DNA of 60,086 nt from Erysipelotrichia bacterium (GCA_012522695.1 JAAYJX010000147.1:1-60086), one strand, 5' to 3'; shown: positions 1 to 8,990, counted from the first letter of the stretch. Translations and numbers: made by a program. Notes: generated by a model from the letters alone, not told the origin.

Positions 1-2
1 AA

Positions 3-182
3 TGGGTTAAATTAAAAGTACCTGTTGATATGTATGGTGTCGGCACGGCTTTTGTTAATAATACAACTGTTGGTTTTACTGGTGATTTAGTTATGCTAGA
101 TGGTCAAGAAGAAGCAAAAGAAGGTCGGAAAAACATTCCGTCAAGTCGTTTAGAAAAAGTTGCTTACCCAATATATTGGTAA
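3..182 (+). CDS. 3' end of an upstream gene (partial); C-terminus resembles a type II phosphoribosyltransferase (nicotinate phosphoribosyltransferase-like)
   Basis: Frame 3 is open from the window edge to TAA at 180-182. It reads WVKLKVPVDMYGVGTAFV...GRKNIPSSRLEKVAYPIYW. The GVGT motif and tail recall NAPRTase; the call is from memory only. Confidence 0.4.
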   Translation, partial: WVKLKVPVDMYGVGTAFVNNTTVGFTGDLVMLDGQEEAKEGRKNIPSSRLEKVAYPIYW

Positions 183-204
183 AATTAAACATTTTTCATT
201 GTTT

Positions 205-220
205 ATGAAAATATTTTCAT
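205..220. promoter_or_regulatory. Perfect 16-bp palindrome ATGAAAATATTTTCAT, a cre/LacI-type operator candidate abutting a TATAAT (222-227)
   Basis: The sequence is its own reverse complement. It matches the outer cre positions (TGAAA...TTTCA) but has TA instead of the central CG. It lies 35 bp upstream of the LacI-family gene. Confidence 0.5.
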
Positions 221-254
221 ATATAATATATGAAGGCCTCAAGGAGGAACAAAA

Positions 255-1265
255 ATGGATTACTTAAAAGACCGAGTTACAATTTATGAAGTAGCTAAAG
301 CTAGTGGCGTCTCATTAGCAACTGTTTCACGCGTTATTAATAAGCGCGGTAACGTTACTGATGCAACGCGAAAAAAGGTTGAAGCAACTATTGAAAGACT
401 TGGCTATAAACCATCTGGCTTAGCTCGAGCACTAGCAACAAGCGTAACGACAAATATTGGTGTCGTTATTCCTAGTGCTAATTACGTTTATATATCGAAC
501 ATGCTTCATGGGATTACTGAAGTAGCGAAAGAAAAAGGCTTTATTTTAACGCTTTTTGTCACTTCTTATTCACGAGAAGATGCGATAAGTGTTGTTGAAA
601 AAGTTATTACTTCGCACGTTGATGGGGCAATTATTTTTGATGATCAACTTGATAAAGAAGATGTCGAGACGATTAATTCTTATAGCGTCCCCACAATTGT
701 TATAAATAACAAAATTGTTGGCCAAAGAGTTGGTTGTATTAATTTTAATCATGAGCACGCCTTAAATGAACTTTTAAAAGAAAGAAAACAAAAAAATATA
801 CATCATAAGCCTCCTGTTTTTTTACACGTTCATAATGCTGGTCGTCTTTTATCACGAATTGAAAAAACTTTTATTAAATTTCATAATGACATTGATATGT
901 CTTATCGTATTTTTAATGTTGATGATTCTTCAAAACGAACATATTTTGATTTTTTAGAATTTTTTAAGAAAAATCGAAATGGATTTTTTGTTGCTTATCG
1001 TGATTCTATTGCCGCTGCAATTGTTAACGCCGCTAAAGACTCAGGTTTAGAAGTACCTAAGGACGTTGAAGTAGTTTCGATTATTGGTACTAAATACGCT
1101 AGAATTTTGCGTCCTAATTTATCTAGCTTTTATATTAATATGCAAGAAGTTGGTAAACGTGCAATGTATATGTTAATTGATTTATTAAAAGGCGAATTAA
1201 TTGAAAAGTCTTATAAATTTGACGCTACTTATACAGCGCGTGAATCAACGATTGAAAAGGAGTAG
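255..1265 (+). CDS. LacI-family transcriptional regulator, possibly the catabolite control protein CcpA
   Basis: N-terminal HTH TIYEVAKASGVSLATVSRVINKRGNVTDATRKKVEATIERLGYKPSGLARALA closely parallels the CcpA/LacI HTH. The 336-aa protein has a periplasmic-binding-fold C-terminus. It sits next to tyrS-rpsD, and ccpA lies near tyrS-rpsD in Bacillus. Confidence 0.85.
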   Translation: MDYLKDRVTIYEVAKASGVSLATVSRVINKRGNVTDATRKKVEATIERLGYKPSGLARALATSVTTNIGVVIPSANYVYISNMLHGITEVAKEKGFILTLFVTSYSREDAISVVEKVITSHVDGAIIFDDQLDKEDVETINSYSVPTIVINNKIVGQRVGCINFNHEHALNELLKERKQKNIHHKPPVFLHVHNAGRLLSRIEKTFIKFHNDIDMSYRIFNVDDSSKRTYFDFLEFFKKNRNGFFVAYRDSIAAAIVNAAKDSGLEVPKDVEVVSIIGTKYARILRPNLSSFYINMQEVGKRAMYMLIDLLKGELIEKSYKFDATYTARESTIEKE

Positions 1266-1271
1266 TAAATA

Positions 1272-2525
1272 GTGAAAAACATTATTGATGATTTAAATTA
1301 TCGCGGTTTAATTAAAGATTATTCTAATGAAGATGAATTAAGAAAATTATTATCATCTCCTCAAACGATTTATTGCGGTTTTGATCCAAGTGCTGCTTCA
1401 ATGCATATTGGTAACTTTGTTATGATTTTACTTTTAATGCGTTTACAAAAAGCTGGTCATCGTGTTTTAGCAGTTGTTGGTGGGGGAACGGGGATGATTG
1501 GTGATCCAAGTGGTAAATCAAAAGAAAGAAATTTGCTTGATTTAAAACAATTAGAAAATAATACAAAGTCCGTCCGCGATCAGCTTGCAAGATTTATCAA
1601 TCTTGAAGATGAAACAAAAGGCTTACTTGTTAATAATTATGAATGGTTAAATCAAATTACATTATTAGAATATTTAAGAGATTACGGTAAATATTTTCCA
1701 ATTAACTATTTACTTAATAAAGAAATTATTAAATCGCGAATGGATGTTGGTATTTCTTATACAGAATTTTCTTATAATATTTTACAAGCAATCGATTTTT
1801 TAAAACTTTATCAAATGTATGGATGCCGAATTCAAATTGGTGGTAGTGATCAATGGGGTAACTTAACAAGTGGTCTTGAACTCATTCGAAAAGTCGAAGG
1901 TCACGAAACACTTGTTGGGGTTATGACTTCACATTTAATTGTTAACTCAGAAGGTCAAAAATTTGGTAAATCGGAAGCCGGCGCGATTTATTTAGATGAA
2001 AATTTAACATCACCTTATCAAATGTATCAATATTTTATTAATGTAAGTGATGTTGATGCGGCTCGATATTTAAAAGTTTTTACTTTCCTAAGTAAAGAAG
2101 AAATTGAAGAAGTTACTAAAAAACATCAAGAAGATTTAAGTCAGCGTTTTGCTCAAAAGAAATTAGCTTTTGAAATTACGAGGTTAATTCATTCACAAGA
2201 AAAAGCTCAAGAAGCTGAAGAAACAAGTGAGGCTCTTTTTAAACAAGAATTTCAAAAAATGAATGAGAAACAACTTCAGGAAGTTTTAGGACATTTAGAA
2301 GTTGAAATTGACGAAAAAACTATTTTAGAAGACGCTTTAATAAAAGTTGGTGCTGCTAAAAGCAAAAGAGAGGCTCGTGAATTTTTAAGTAATGGTTCAA
2401 TTTTATTAAATGGTGAAAAAGTTTACGATAGTGCTCTTGTTTTAGAAAAAAAAGATGCTTATTATCATCAATATTTTGTTCTTCGTCGTGGTAAGAAAAA
2501 TTATTACTTAATCAAAATCGTTTAA
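1272..2525 (+). CDS. tyrS: Tyrosyl-tRNA synthetase
   Basis: GTG start 9 nt after AAGGAG. HIGH motif (MHIGNF), KMSKS-type KFGKS, and a C-terminal S4-like domain. 417 aa. Confidence 0.95.
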   Translation: MKNIIDDLNYRGLIKDYSNEDELRKLLSSPQTIYCGFDPSAASMHIGNFVMILLLMRLQKAGHRVLAVVGGGTGMIGDPSGKSKERNLLDLKQLENNTKSVRDQLARFINLEDETKGLLVNNYEWLNQITLLEYLRDYGKYFPINYLLNKEIIKSRMDVGISYTEFSYNILQAIDFLKLYQMYGCRIQIGGSDQWGNLTSGLELIRKVEGHETLVGVMTSHLIVNSEGQKFGKSEAGAIYLDENLTSPYQMYQYFINVSDVDAARYLKVFTFLSKEEIEEVTKKHQEDLSQRFAQKKLAFEITRLIHSQEKAQEAEETSEALFKQEFQKMNEKQLQEVLGHLEVEIDEKTILEDALIKVGAAKSKREAREFLSNGSILLNGEKVYDSALVLEKKDAYYHQYFVLRRGKKNYYLIKIV

Positions 2526-2546
2526 TGACGTATTAAGAGAAGAAAA

Positions 2547-2566
2547 AAAAGACCTTGTGGTCTTTT
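2547..2566. terminator. Bidirectional intrinsic terminator between tyrS and rpsD
   Basis: AAAAGACC-TTGT-GGTCTTTT hairpin flanked by an A-run and a T-run. Confidence 0.7.
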
Positions 2567-2588
2567 TCTTTTTGGACTTTATTAACGA

Positions 2589-3194
2589 TTAAAGTAGACG
2601 GTTATAATATTCAATAACTTGCGCTTCGTTAATGTCTTGGGGTAATTCACTACGTTCTGGTAAACGTGTATAAGTACCTTTAAGCTCTTCGACATTAACA
2701 TCGACATAGCCAACGTTTTGACTCGTACTTGCGATTGCTTCTTGAATGACTTTTAAATTGCGACTTTTTTCTTTAACAGCGATAACATCATTAACCGAAC
2801 AAATGTAAGAGCCAATATCAACTTTTTTACCATTAACAGTAATATGGCCGTGATTAACGAGTTGTTTTGACCCGCGACGTGTCCTAGAGAAGCCCATCCG
2901 AAAAACAAGGTTATCAAGTCTTGATTCTAAAATGTGAAAAAAGGCTGTGCCGGTAACTTCTTTTGATTTTAAAGCAAGCATGAAAAGGCGACGAAATTGC
3001 TTTTCATTAACGCCATACATGTGGCGGAGCTTTTGCTTTTCAATTAATTGTTTTCCGTATTCGGAAGGTTTTCTTTTACGGCTATTGCCGTGTTGGCCGG
3101 GGCCATAAGGGCGTTTTTTTAATTCTTCGCCAGTTTCAAGAGTCGAAAATCTTAAACGTCTTGATCTTTTGTAGTCTGATCCAGTAAATCTCAT
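2589..3194 (-). CDS. rpsD: 30S ribosomal protein S4
   Basis: MRFTGSDYKRSRRL...YGVNEKQFRR...S4 domain; 201 aa; conserved tyrS/rpsD neighbourhood. Confidence 0.95.
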   Translation of the reverse strand: MRFTGSDYKRSRRLRFSTLETGEELKKRPYGPGQHGNSRKRKPSEYGKQLIEKQKLRHMYGVNEKQFRRLFMLALKSKEVTGTAFFHILESRLDNLVFRMGFSRTRRGSKQLVNHGHITVNGKKVDIGSYICSVNDVIAVKEKSRNLKVIQEAIASTSQNVGYVDVNVEELKGTYTRLPERSELPQDINEAQVIEYYNRLL

Positions 3195-3348
3195 GTTTTT
3201 TTCCTTTCACTTTGTGCATTTAAAGCAAGAGGTGTAAATTCCATCTTTCGGATGTATTAGATTAGAAGTTCACTTTTGAGCTAAAGCTACTATTGCACAG
3301 TTGTTCTAAACATCGGACAAAGCGTATTTACATGCTGCGATACATGCC
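3195..3348 (-). promoter_or_regulatory. Long 5' leader of rpsD (candidate S4 autoregulatory leader)
   Basis: About 155 nt lie between the predicted promoter and the rpsD SD (GAAAGGAA). The stretch is visibly more GC-rich than other spacers and has no ORF. Confidence 0.45.
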
Positions 3349-3354
3349 TTAAAT

Positions 3355-3383
3355 ATCATATAGGAAGTAACCATATTAGTCAA
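3355..3383 (-). promoter_or_regulatory. rpsD promoter TTGACT-17-TATGAT
   Basis: Reverse complement of 3378-3383 is TTGACT and of 3355-3360 is TATGAT, with a 17-nt spacer. Confidence 0.55.
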
Positions 3384-3588
3384 CTATTATCGTTCGTTTG
3401 AGATGTGATAACAGACGGAATATGTAAAATTTGTACTTTATATAAAGTATTTTTTAAGAAAAAGTGAAGATTTTTGTATAATTTAGTTAAAAAAATAAGA
3501 CTTTTATCAATGAAAACATTTAAAATAATGTTTTTGTAATAAAGGACCTGCGATGTTATAATTTACTAGTGAACGAGGAAATAAGATT

Positions 3589-5322
3589 ATGAATGCGATG
3601 AATATTGATGCACTATTTGAACCGAAAAATTTAATTTGGATTGGCAGTATTTTACTGGCACTTTTTATTATTATTTTTGTTTTGCTTTATAAATTTGTTT
3701 TTGCCCGCCGTCGAGCAAAAAAACAAGTCCGTGATTTAGAACGACGTTTTGAATATTTACATGCCTTATTAATTGGTCAAAACGCTCAATATGTTAAACG
3801 TTTAGAAATTATTTCGCGAACAAATTTATTATACGTTGAACTTCATAGTCAATATTTTAAACGTTATAAAGAAATTCGTGATCGCTTTGATACGAAAGCG
3901 CGAACAACAATTAATGAATTAAAAGATTTAGTCGACGAAGGAAAATTTAAGCAATTAAAAGGAATTTACCTTTCTGCTAAAGAAACAATCGAAATTTACG
4001 AAAAACACGTTAATACTTTAAATAATGATTTAATTTCTGTTGTAAAACCAGAAGAAGAAGCCCGGCAAAATGCCCTAACTTTAAAAGAAGAATTACGACG
4101 TGTAAAGCAAGACTATTATGCTAAACAAGGTGATTTACAATTAGTTATTTCTTCTTTTGATTCGGTTTTTGAATATATTGATAAATTATTTGAAGAATTT
4201 GAAAGTTACGTTGAATCTGCTAATTATGCTGAAGGAGATGTCATTTTACCTAAAATTAATTTAACGATTAAAGAACTTAATAGTGTTTTATTAGAACTTC
4301 CTAATTTATGTCTTTTAGTGACGAATGTCATTCCGAATAAAATGACTTCTTTAAAGCATGCCTATGAGCAAATGGTTACTGAAAAATATCCATTGCATCA
4401 TCTTATTTTTAAAAATAATATTTATGAAATGAATCGTGATTTAGAAGAGTTAACGAATAAAATCAAAACATTTGATTTAAAAGGCGTTGCAACTGAATTA
4501 GAAAATATTTTAGCAAGAATTGAAGAATACTTTCTTCTTTTTGAAGAAGAAAAGAAACAACGTGTTGTCTTTGATCAAGAAAGTGATGATATTTACGGAA
4601 TCGTTAATCATTTAGAAAAAGAATTTATTAAATTATGTAATACAATTCCAAAAGTTAAAAAAGTTTATGTTATTTCTTCTAACTACGCAAATCGTGTCAC
4701 AGAAATTCAAAACGAAATTAATAAAGTCGGGGCCACGAAAAGATCACTTGATACTTTTATTCATTCGGCGACAAAACAACCTTATTCGATTTTAGTTCGT
4801 AAAATGCATGAATTGCGCGAAGAAGCTGATGAAGCAAATAAATTAATGAGTGATTTTCAAAATTATCTTGATTCTTTAAAAGAAATTGCCGAAAGCTCAT
4901 ATTCTTTAATTTACAATTATTATTATCGTCTAACGAAAGCTGAAAAAATAATTCGGGATGGAGCAATTGATGCTTATTCATTAAAATACGAAGATAAACT
5001 TAAACAAATTACACAATCTTTAAATGAAATTAATGACCTTCTTAACGCTTTACCAATTAACATTGAAGAAGTTTTAGTGAAAGTGACTTGGTTAACTGAA
5101 GATGGAGAAAAATATTTAAATGAACTTGAAAGCGAATACAACATGATGCTTTTAGCTGAATCTTCAATTTTACACGCGAATCGCTTTCGTCATCATACAA
5201 GCGACATTAACCAAATTATTACACAAAGCGAAGCACATCTTTTAAATGGTGAATTTGAAAAAGCTTATGTTGATACTTCGCAAGCTATTCGCGCGATGAA
5301 AAAAAATACTAATATTGATTAA
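3589..5322 (+). CDS. ezrA: Septation ring formation regulator EzrA-like protein
   Basis: Single N-terminal TM helix (IWIGSILLALFIIIFVLLY) followed by about 540 aa of coiled-coil-type sequence. Its position between rpsD and cysteine desulfurase/thiI matches Bacillus and Staphylococcus. Confidence 0.75.
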   Translation: MNAMNIDALFEPKNLIWIGSILLALFIIIFVLLYKFVFARRRAKKQVRDLERRFEYLHALLIGQNAQYVKRLEIISRTNLLYVELHSQYFKRYKEIRDRFDTKARTTINELKDLVDEGKFKQLKGIYLSAKETIEIYEKHVNTLNNDLISVVKPEEEARQNALTLKEELRRVKQDYYAKQGDLQLVISSFDSVFEYIDKLFEEFESYVESANYAEGDVILPKINLTIKELNSVLLELPNLCLLVTNVIPNKMTSLKHAYEQMVTEKYPLHHLIFKNNIYEMNRDLEELTNKIKTFDLKGVATELENILARIEEYFLLFEEEKKQRVVFDQESDDIYGIVNHLEKEFIKLCNTIPKVKKVYVISSNYANRVTEIQNEINKVGATKRSLDTFIHSATKQPYSILVRKMHELREEADEANKLMSDFQNYLDSLKEIAESSYSLIYNYYYRLTKAEKIIRDGAIDAYSLKYEDKLKQITQSLNEINDLLNALPINIEEVLVKVTWLTEDGEKYLNELESEYNMMLLAESSILHANRFRHHTSDINQIITQSEAHLLNGEFEKAYVDTSQAIRAMKKNTNID

Positions 5323-5330
5323 ACTATAAA

Positions 5331-6461
5331 ATGATTTATTTAGATAATGCTGCAACTTGCAAACCTTATTTAGAATTATTAGATCTTTTTAATGAAATTG
5401 AAAAAGACTATTTTGCTAATGCGCAAAGCTATCATCAACTCGGATTATTAAGTTTAGAGCATTTAAAAAAAGCTCGCAAAAAAATATTAACATCATTAAA
5501 TATTAGTCAAACGCATCTAGCTATTTTTCTTTCAAGTGCGACCGAAGCAAATAATTTAGCCTTAAAAGGCTATGCTCTTAAATATCAAAAGCGTGGCAAA
5601 CATATTATTCTTTCTAATATCGAGCACCCTTCGGTTATTGAAACGTGTTTACAACTTAAAGAAGAGTTTGGCTTTGAATTAACATTTTTAGAAGTTAATG
5701 AACAAGGAATGATTAATTTAGATGATTTAAAAAAAGCTTTAAAAAAGTCAACAATTCTTGTTTCAATTATGGCTGTTAATAATGAAACTGGCTCAATTAA
5801 TCTAATTAATGAAATTGCCGCTTTAGTTCATCAAAAGTCGCTTGCTGCTTTTCATGTTGATGTTACACAGGCAATTGGCAAAATACATCTTAATTATCAA
5901 AACATCGATATGTTTTCTTTTTCAGGCCATAAAATTAATGGGCTTAAAGGTAGTGGTGCTTTAGTTATTCGTAAGAATATTTCGCTTTTGCCTTTACTAA
6001 GCGGAGGACAACAAGAATATGGTTTTCGGAGTGCAACGAGTAGTGTTGCCTTAGCTTCTACTTTAGCTGAAGCCGTCGTTATTAGTTTAGAAAAAATGAA
6101 AAAAAACCTTGCTCATGTTAAAACACTTAACAACTTATTGCATGAGCATTTAAGTAAACGTAAAGATATAAAAATTAACAGCCCTTCTAATGGCTCACCT
6201 TTTATTTTTAATTTTTCCTTATTAAATAAAAAGGCTAGTGTTGTTGTTGAAGCTTTATCAAACGAACAAATTTACGTTTCAAGTTTTAGTGCCTGCCAAA
6301 GCAATAATAAAGGTTTTTCTTACGTTGTTAAAGCATTAGGAAGAACGGAGTTAGAAGCGCAAAATACAATTCGCGTTAGTTTTGATTATAATTCGACAAA
6401 AGAAGACGTCTTAGCTTTTTTAAAGGCGTTTGAAAATATTATTGAAAGGATTAAAGGCTAA
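5331..6461 (+). CDS. Cysteine desulfurase (class V aminotransferase, NifS/IscS/NifZ type)
   Basis: PLP-lysine motif SGHKINGLKG, active-site region SSFSACQS, and 1-nt overlap (TAATG) with thiI. Confidence 0.85.
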   Translation: MIYLDNAATCKPYLELLDLFNEIEKDYFANAQSYHQLGLLSLEHLKKARKKILTSLNISQTHLAIFLSSATEANNLALKGYALKYQKRGKHIILSNIEHPSVIETCLQLKEEFGFELTFLEVNEQGMINLDDLKKALKKSTILVSIMAVNNETGSINLINEIAALVHQKSLAAFHVDVTQAIGKIHLNYQNIDMFSFSGHKINGLKGSGALVIRKNISLLPLLSGGQQEYGFRSATSSVALASTLAEAVVISLEKMKKNLAHVKTLNNLLHEHLSKRKDIKINSPSNGSPFIFNFSLLNKKASVVVEALSNEQIYVSSFSACQSNNKGFSYVVKALGRTELEAQNTIRVSFDYNSTKEDVLAFLKAFENIIERIKG

Positions 6462-7627
6462 TGTATGACCGCATTATGGTTCGCTTTGGCGAACTTTCAA
6501 CAAAAGGCAAAAATAAAAAAGATTTTATCAATCTTTTAAGACGAAATATTCAAGCAAAATTAATTTCCCAATTTTTTCATTTTGAAATAGAAACATATTA
6601 TGATCATTTATATATTGTCTTTTTTGAAGAAGATCCTTACTTAATGATTAAAGAACTTCAAGAAGTTAGTGGAATCCAAGCTCTTAGTTTAGTCACAAAA
6701 GTTAATAAGGATATTAATATTATTAAAGAAACTGCCTTTTACTTAATTGAAAATAAAAAAGGTGAAACTTTTAAACTAATCGTTAAAAGAGCTGATAAAA
6801 GCTTCCCGCTCCGTAGTGAAGAAATTATTCGCATACTTGCCAAGGAAATTCTTAGTAAAACAAATCTTCGTGTTAATGTTCATAAGCCAGACTTACCTTT
6901 AAATATTGAAATAAGACAAGAAGGCGCCTATTTATTTTTTGAAACTTTTTTAGGACTTGGAGGTTTACCACTTGGAAGTAGTGGTAAGGTAATGATGATG
7001 CTTTCAGGGGGAATTGATTCACCCGTTGCTTCTTATTTACTTATGAAAAGAGGCGTTAGTTTAGAATTTATTCATTTTGCCTCTCCGCCTTATACAAGTA
7101 GTGGTGTCATCACAAAAATTAAAGACTTAGTAACTACACTTTTATCTTTTCAAGATCAAATTGTTTTACATATTGTTCCTTTTACAAAACTGCAAGAAGC
7201 GATTTATGAACACGCTGATGAAAGTTATGCTATTACCCTTATGCGGCGAATGATGTTTCGTTTAAGTGAAAAACTCGCCTATAAAAGAAAATGTCTCGCT
7301 GTCGCTAGCGGTGAATCGCTTGGTCAAGTTTCAAGCCAAACTTTAGACTCAATTAAAGTTATTAACGAAGTAAGTAACTTTCCTATTTTAAGACCACTTA
7401 TTACTTATGATAAAAATGATATTATTAACCTCGCTAAACGAATTAATACATATGAAATATCGATTATTCCTTATGAAGATTGCTGCACAATTTTTAATCC
7501 TAAAAACCCAAAAACAAAACCAAGAATAAGCGAAATAATGAAATTTGAAGAACAATTTAATTATCAAGAATTAATTGCTGAAGCTCTTTTAAATACTGAA
7601 AAGATTATTCTAAAACTTGAAAAATAA
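6461..7627 (+). CDS. thiI: tRNA 4-thiouridine synthase / thiamine biosynthesis protein ThiI
   Basis: THUMP-like N-terminus and PP-loop SGGIDSPVA; 388 aa; coupled to the desulfurase gene. Confidence 0.9.
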   Translation: MYDRIMVRFGELSTKGKNKKDFINLLRRNIQAKLISQFFHFEIETYYDHLYIVFFEEDPYLMIKELQEVSGIQALSLVTKVNKDINIIKETAFYLIENKKGETFKLIVKRADKSFPLRSEEIIRILAKEILSKTNLRVNVHKPDLPLNIEIRQEGAYLFFETFLGLGGLPLGSSGKVMMMLSGGIDSPVASYLLMKRGVSLEFIHFASPPYTSSGVITKIKDLVTTLLSFQDQIVLHIVPFTKLQEAIYEHADESYAITLMRRMMFRLSEKLAYKRKCLAVASGESLGQVSSQTLDSIKVINEVSNFPILRPLITYDKNDIINLAKRINTYEISIIPYEDCCTIFNPKNPKTKPRISEIMKFEEQFNYQELIAEALLNTEKIILKLEK

Positions 7628-7647
7628 TCAACTTTTGCTATAAAAAA

Positions 7648-7668
7648 GACCGCTTTTGCGGCCTTTTT
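7648..7668. terminator. Bidirectional terminator between thiI and rplT
   Basis: AAAAAAGACCGC-TTTT-GCGGCCTTTTT hairpin with one mismatch. Confidence 0.6.
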
Positions 7669-7687
7669 ATTTTAAATTAAACTAATT

Positions 7688-8050
7688 TTAGTGCTTTTCT
7701 AAAGCCTTTTTACTTACATCAACGAGTTGTTTAAATGCATCAAAATCATGGATCGCTAACTCAGAAAGCATTTTACGATTGACATCAACTTTTGCAAGGC
7801 TAAGACCGTTCATAAAACGTGAATAAGAAATATCTAATTGACGACATGCGGCATTAATCCGACGAATCCATAATTTACGGTAATTTCTTTTAATTAAGCG
7901 ACGGTCAATATAAGCATACATATAAGAATGCATAACTTGTTCATTAGCTGAACGATAAAGTTTACTTTTACTACCAAAATAACCTTTGGCTCTTTTTAAA
8001 ACCTTTTTGCGTCTAGTGCGACGAACGGGACTACTTTTTACTCTAGGCAT
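7688..8050 (-). CDS. rplT: 50S ribosomal protein L20
   Basis: [26 protein letters not shown]...; 120 aa. Confidence 0.97.
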   Translation of the reverse strand: MPRVKSSPVRRTRRKKVLKRAKGYFGSKSKLYRSANEQVMHSYMYAYIDRRLIKRNYRKLWIRRINAACRQLDISYSRFMNGLSLAKVDVNRKMLSELAIHDFDAFKQLVDVSKKALEKH

Positions 8051-8062
8051 TTTTTTATCCTC

Positions 8063-8257
8063 CTATTTACTAATGAGCGATTTAATACGCTTATAATCGC
8101 TTGGGTGCACAAGCTTAGCTTTTCTTAAATGGCGTTTTTGTTTAGTTGTTTTGCGTGGGGCAAGGTGAGACGTATACGCCGAATGTCTTTTTAATTTGCC
8201 ACTGCCGGTAACTTTAATGCGCTTCATTAAAGCTCGTTTACTTTTCATTTTAGGCAT
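8063..8257 (-). CDS. rpmI: 50S ribosomal protein L35
   Basis: [24 protein letters not shown]...; 64 aa. Confidence 0.97.
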   Translation of the reverse strand: MPKMKSKRALMKRIKVTGSGKLKRHSAYTSHLAPRKTTKQKRHLRKAKLVHPSDYKRIKSLISK

Positions 8258-8268
8258 TTCTTTTTCTC

Positions 8269-8823
8269 CTATTTCTTTTTCTTTGCAGCAAGTGTCGCAC
8301 TTAAAAATCGACCTTCTAGTGTTGGTTGTTTTTCAACGATCGAATATTCTTCAACAAGGTGAATAAACTTTTGTAACACTTCTTCGCCAATTTCGACGTG
8401 TGCAAGTTGACGGCCTTTAAAGCGAACGGAAACTTTAACTTTGTTCCCATCTAAAAAGAAATTAATTGCTTGTTTAACTTTGACATTTAAATCGTGAATT
8501 CCAATTTGCGGTGTCATACGAACTTCTTTAATTTCGATGATCTTTTGGTTTTTACGACTTTCCTTCGCCCTTTTTTGTGCTTCAAAGCGATATTTCCCAT
8601 AGTCGAGTATTTTACATACTGGTGGTTTTGCATTTGGGGCGACGCATAATAAATCAAGATTTTGTTTACTAGCTAAGTCATTAGCGGATTTTGATGACAT
8701 AACTCCTAATTGTTTGTTATCAACGCCGATGACGAGAACTTCTTCAAAACGAATACGTTCGTTAACTAAATCAGTATTAGTTTCTGGTCTTCTTTGGCCA
8801 TATTTGCCTACATAATGTGCGAT
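8269..8823 (-). CDS. infC: Translation initiation factor IF-3, predicted to start at a non-canonical ATC codon
   Basis: The ORF-track ATG (8700) would remove the conserved N-domain. The frame stays open upstream and encodes ...[25 protein letters not shown]. There is no ATG/GTG/TTG between the in-frame TAA (8838-8836) and 8700. ATC at 8823-8821 lies 7 nt after AAGGAG. Confidence 0.8.
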   Translation of the reverse strand: MAHYVGKYGQRRPETNTDLVNERIRFEEVLVIGVDNKQLGVMSSKSANDLASKQNLDLLCVAPNAKPPVCKILDYGKYRFEAQKRAKESRKNQKIIEIKEVRMTPQIGIHDLNVKVKQAINFFLDGNKVKVSVRFKGRQLAHVEIGEEVLQKFIHLVEEYSIVEKQPTLEGRFLSATLAAKKKK

Positions 8824-8953
8824 ACTTTTTCTCCTTTATAAATAAAACGGATGCATGGGCACCCGTTTATAAACTATTTAGTTTGTAGCTTTTAACCTTT
8901 TAAATTTGATTTAAGCAGGTGAGTGCGGGTGCAACTACTTTCTACGTTTTACG
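8824..8953 (-). promoter_or_regulatory. infC-rpmI-rplT leader (L20-leader type) with attenuator hairpin at 8847-8866
   Basis: About 130-nt untranslated leader. The hairpin ACGGGTGC-CCAT-GCATCCGT is followed by TTTATTTAT just before the infC SD. The arrangement matches Firmicute L20-mediated attenuation. Confidence 0.5.
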
Positions 8954-8959
8954 AGCGTT

Positions 8960-8988
8960 AGTCTACCACGCCCATACTAGTATGTCAA
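8960..8988 (-). promoter_or_regulatory. infC operon promoter TTGACA-17-TAGACT
   Basis: Reverse complement of 8983-8988 is TTGACA and of 8960-8965 is TAGACT. It starts 3 nt after the thrS stop. Confidence 0.5.
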
Positions 8989-8990
8989 GT

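Noticed and set aside
570-758. Short antisense or overlapping ORFs in the track: 570-758, 4757-4981, 11799-12044, 12249-12491, 14818-15003, 15569-15844, 17893-18162, 23883-24104, 26624-26821, 31102-31284, 37904-38110, 39168-39386, 41134-41316, 42181-42387, 42565-42786, 43906-44148, 47467-47652, 51409-51723, 51618-51839, 54267-54461, 55278-55475 and 55412-55597.
   Set aside because: All lie inside well-supported longer genes on the same or opposite strand, have low-complexity translations, and lack ribosome-binding sites.
3510-3539. 9-codon ORF (MKTFKIMFL) and a perfect AT-only hairpin AAAACATT-TAAAAT-AATGTTTT (3513-3534) upstream of ezrA.
   Set aside because: There is no SD. The stem is entirely A/T apart from one C-G pair, and such palindromes are expected by chance in AT-rich spacers. 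No upstream + strand gene needs terminating.
5127-5140. cre-like match TGAAAGCGAATACA inside ezrA, plus weaker TGAAAGCG-containing strings in pheT and the nuclease gene.
   Set aside because: They are intragenic, have mismatches at conserved positions, and have no positional logic. They are most likely chance occurrences.
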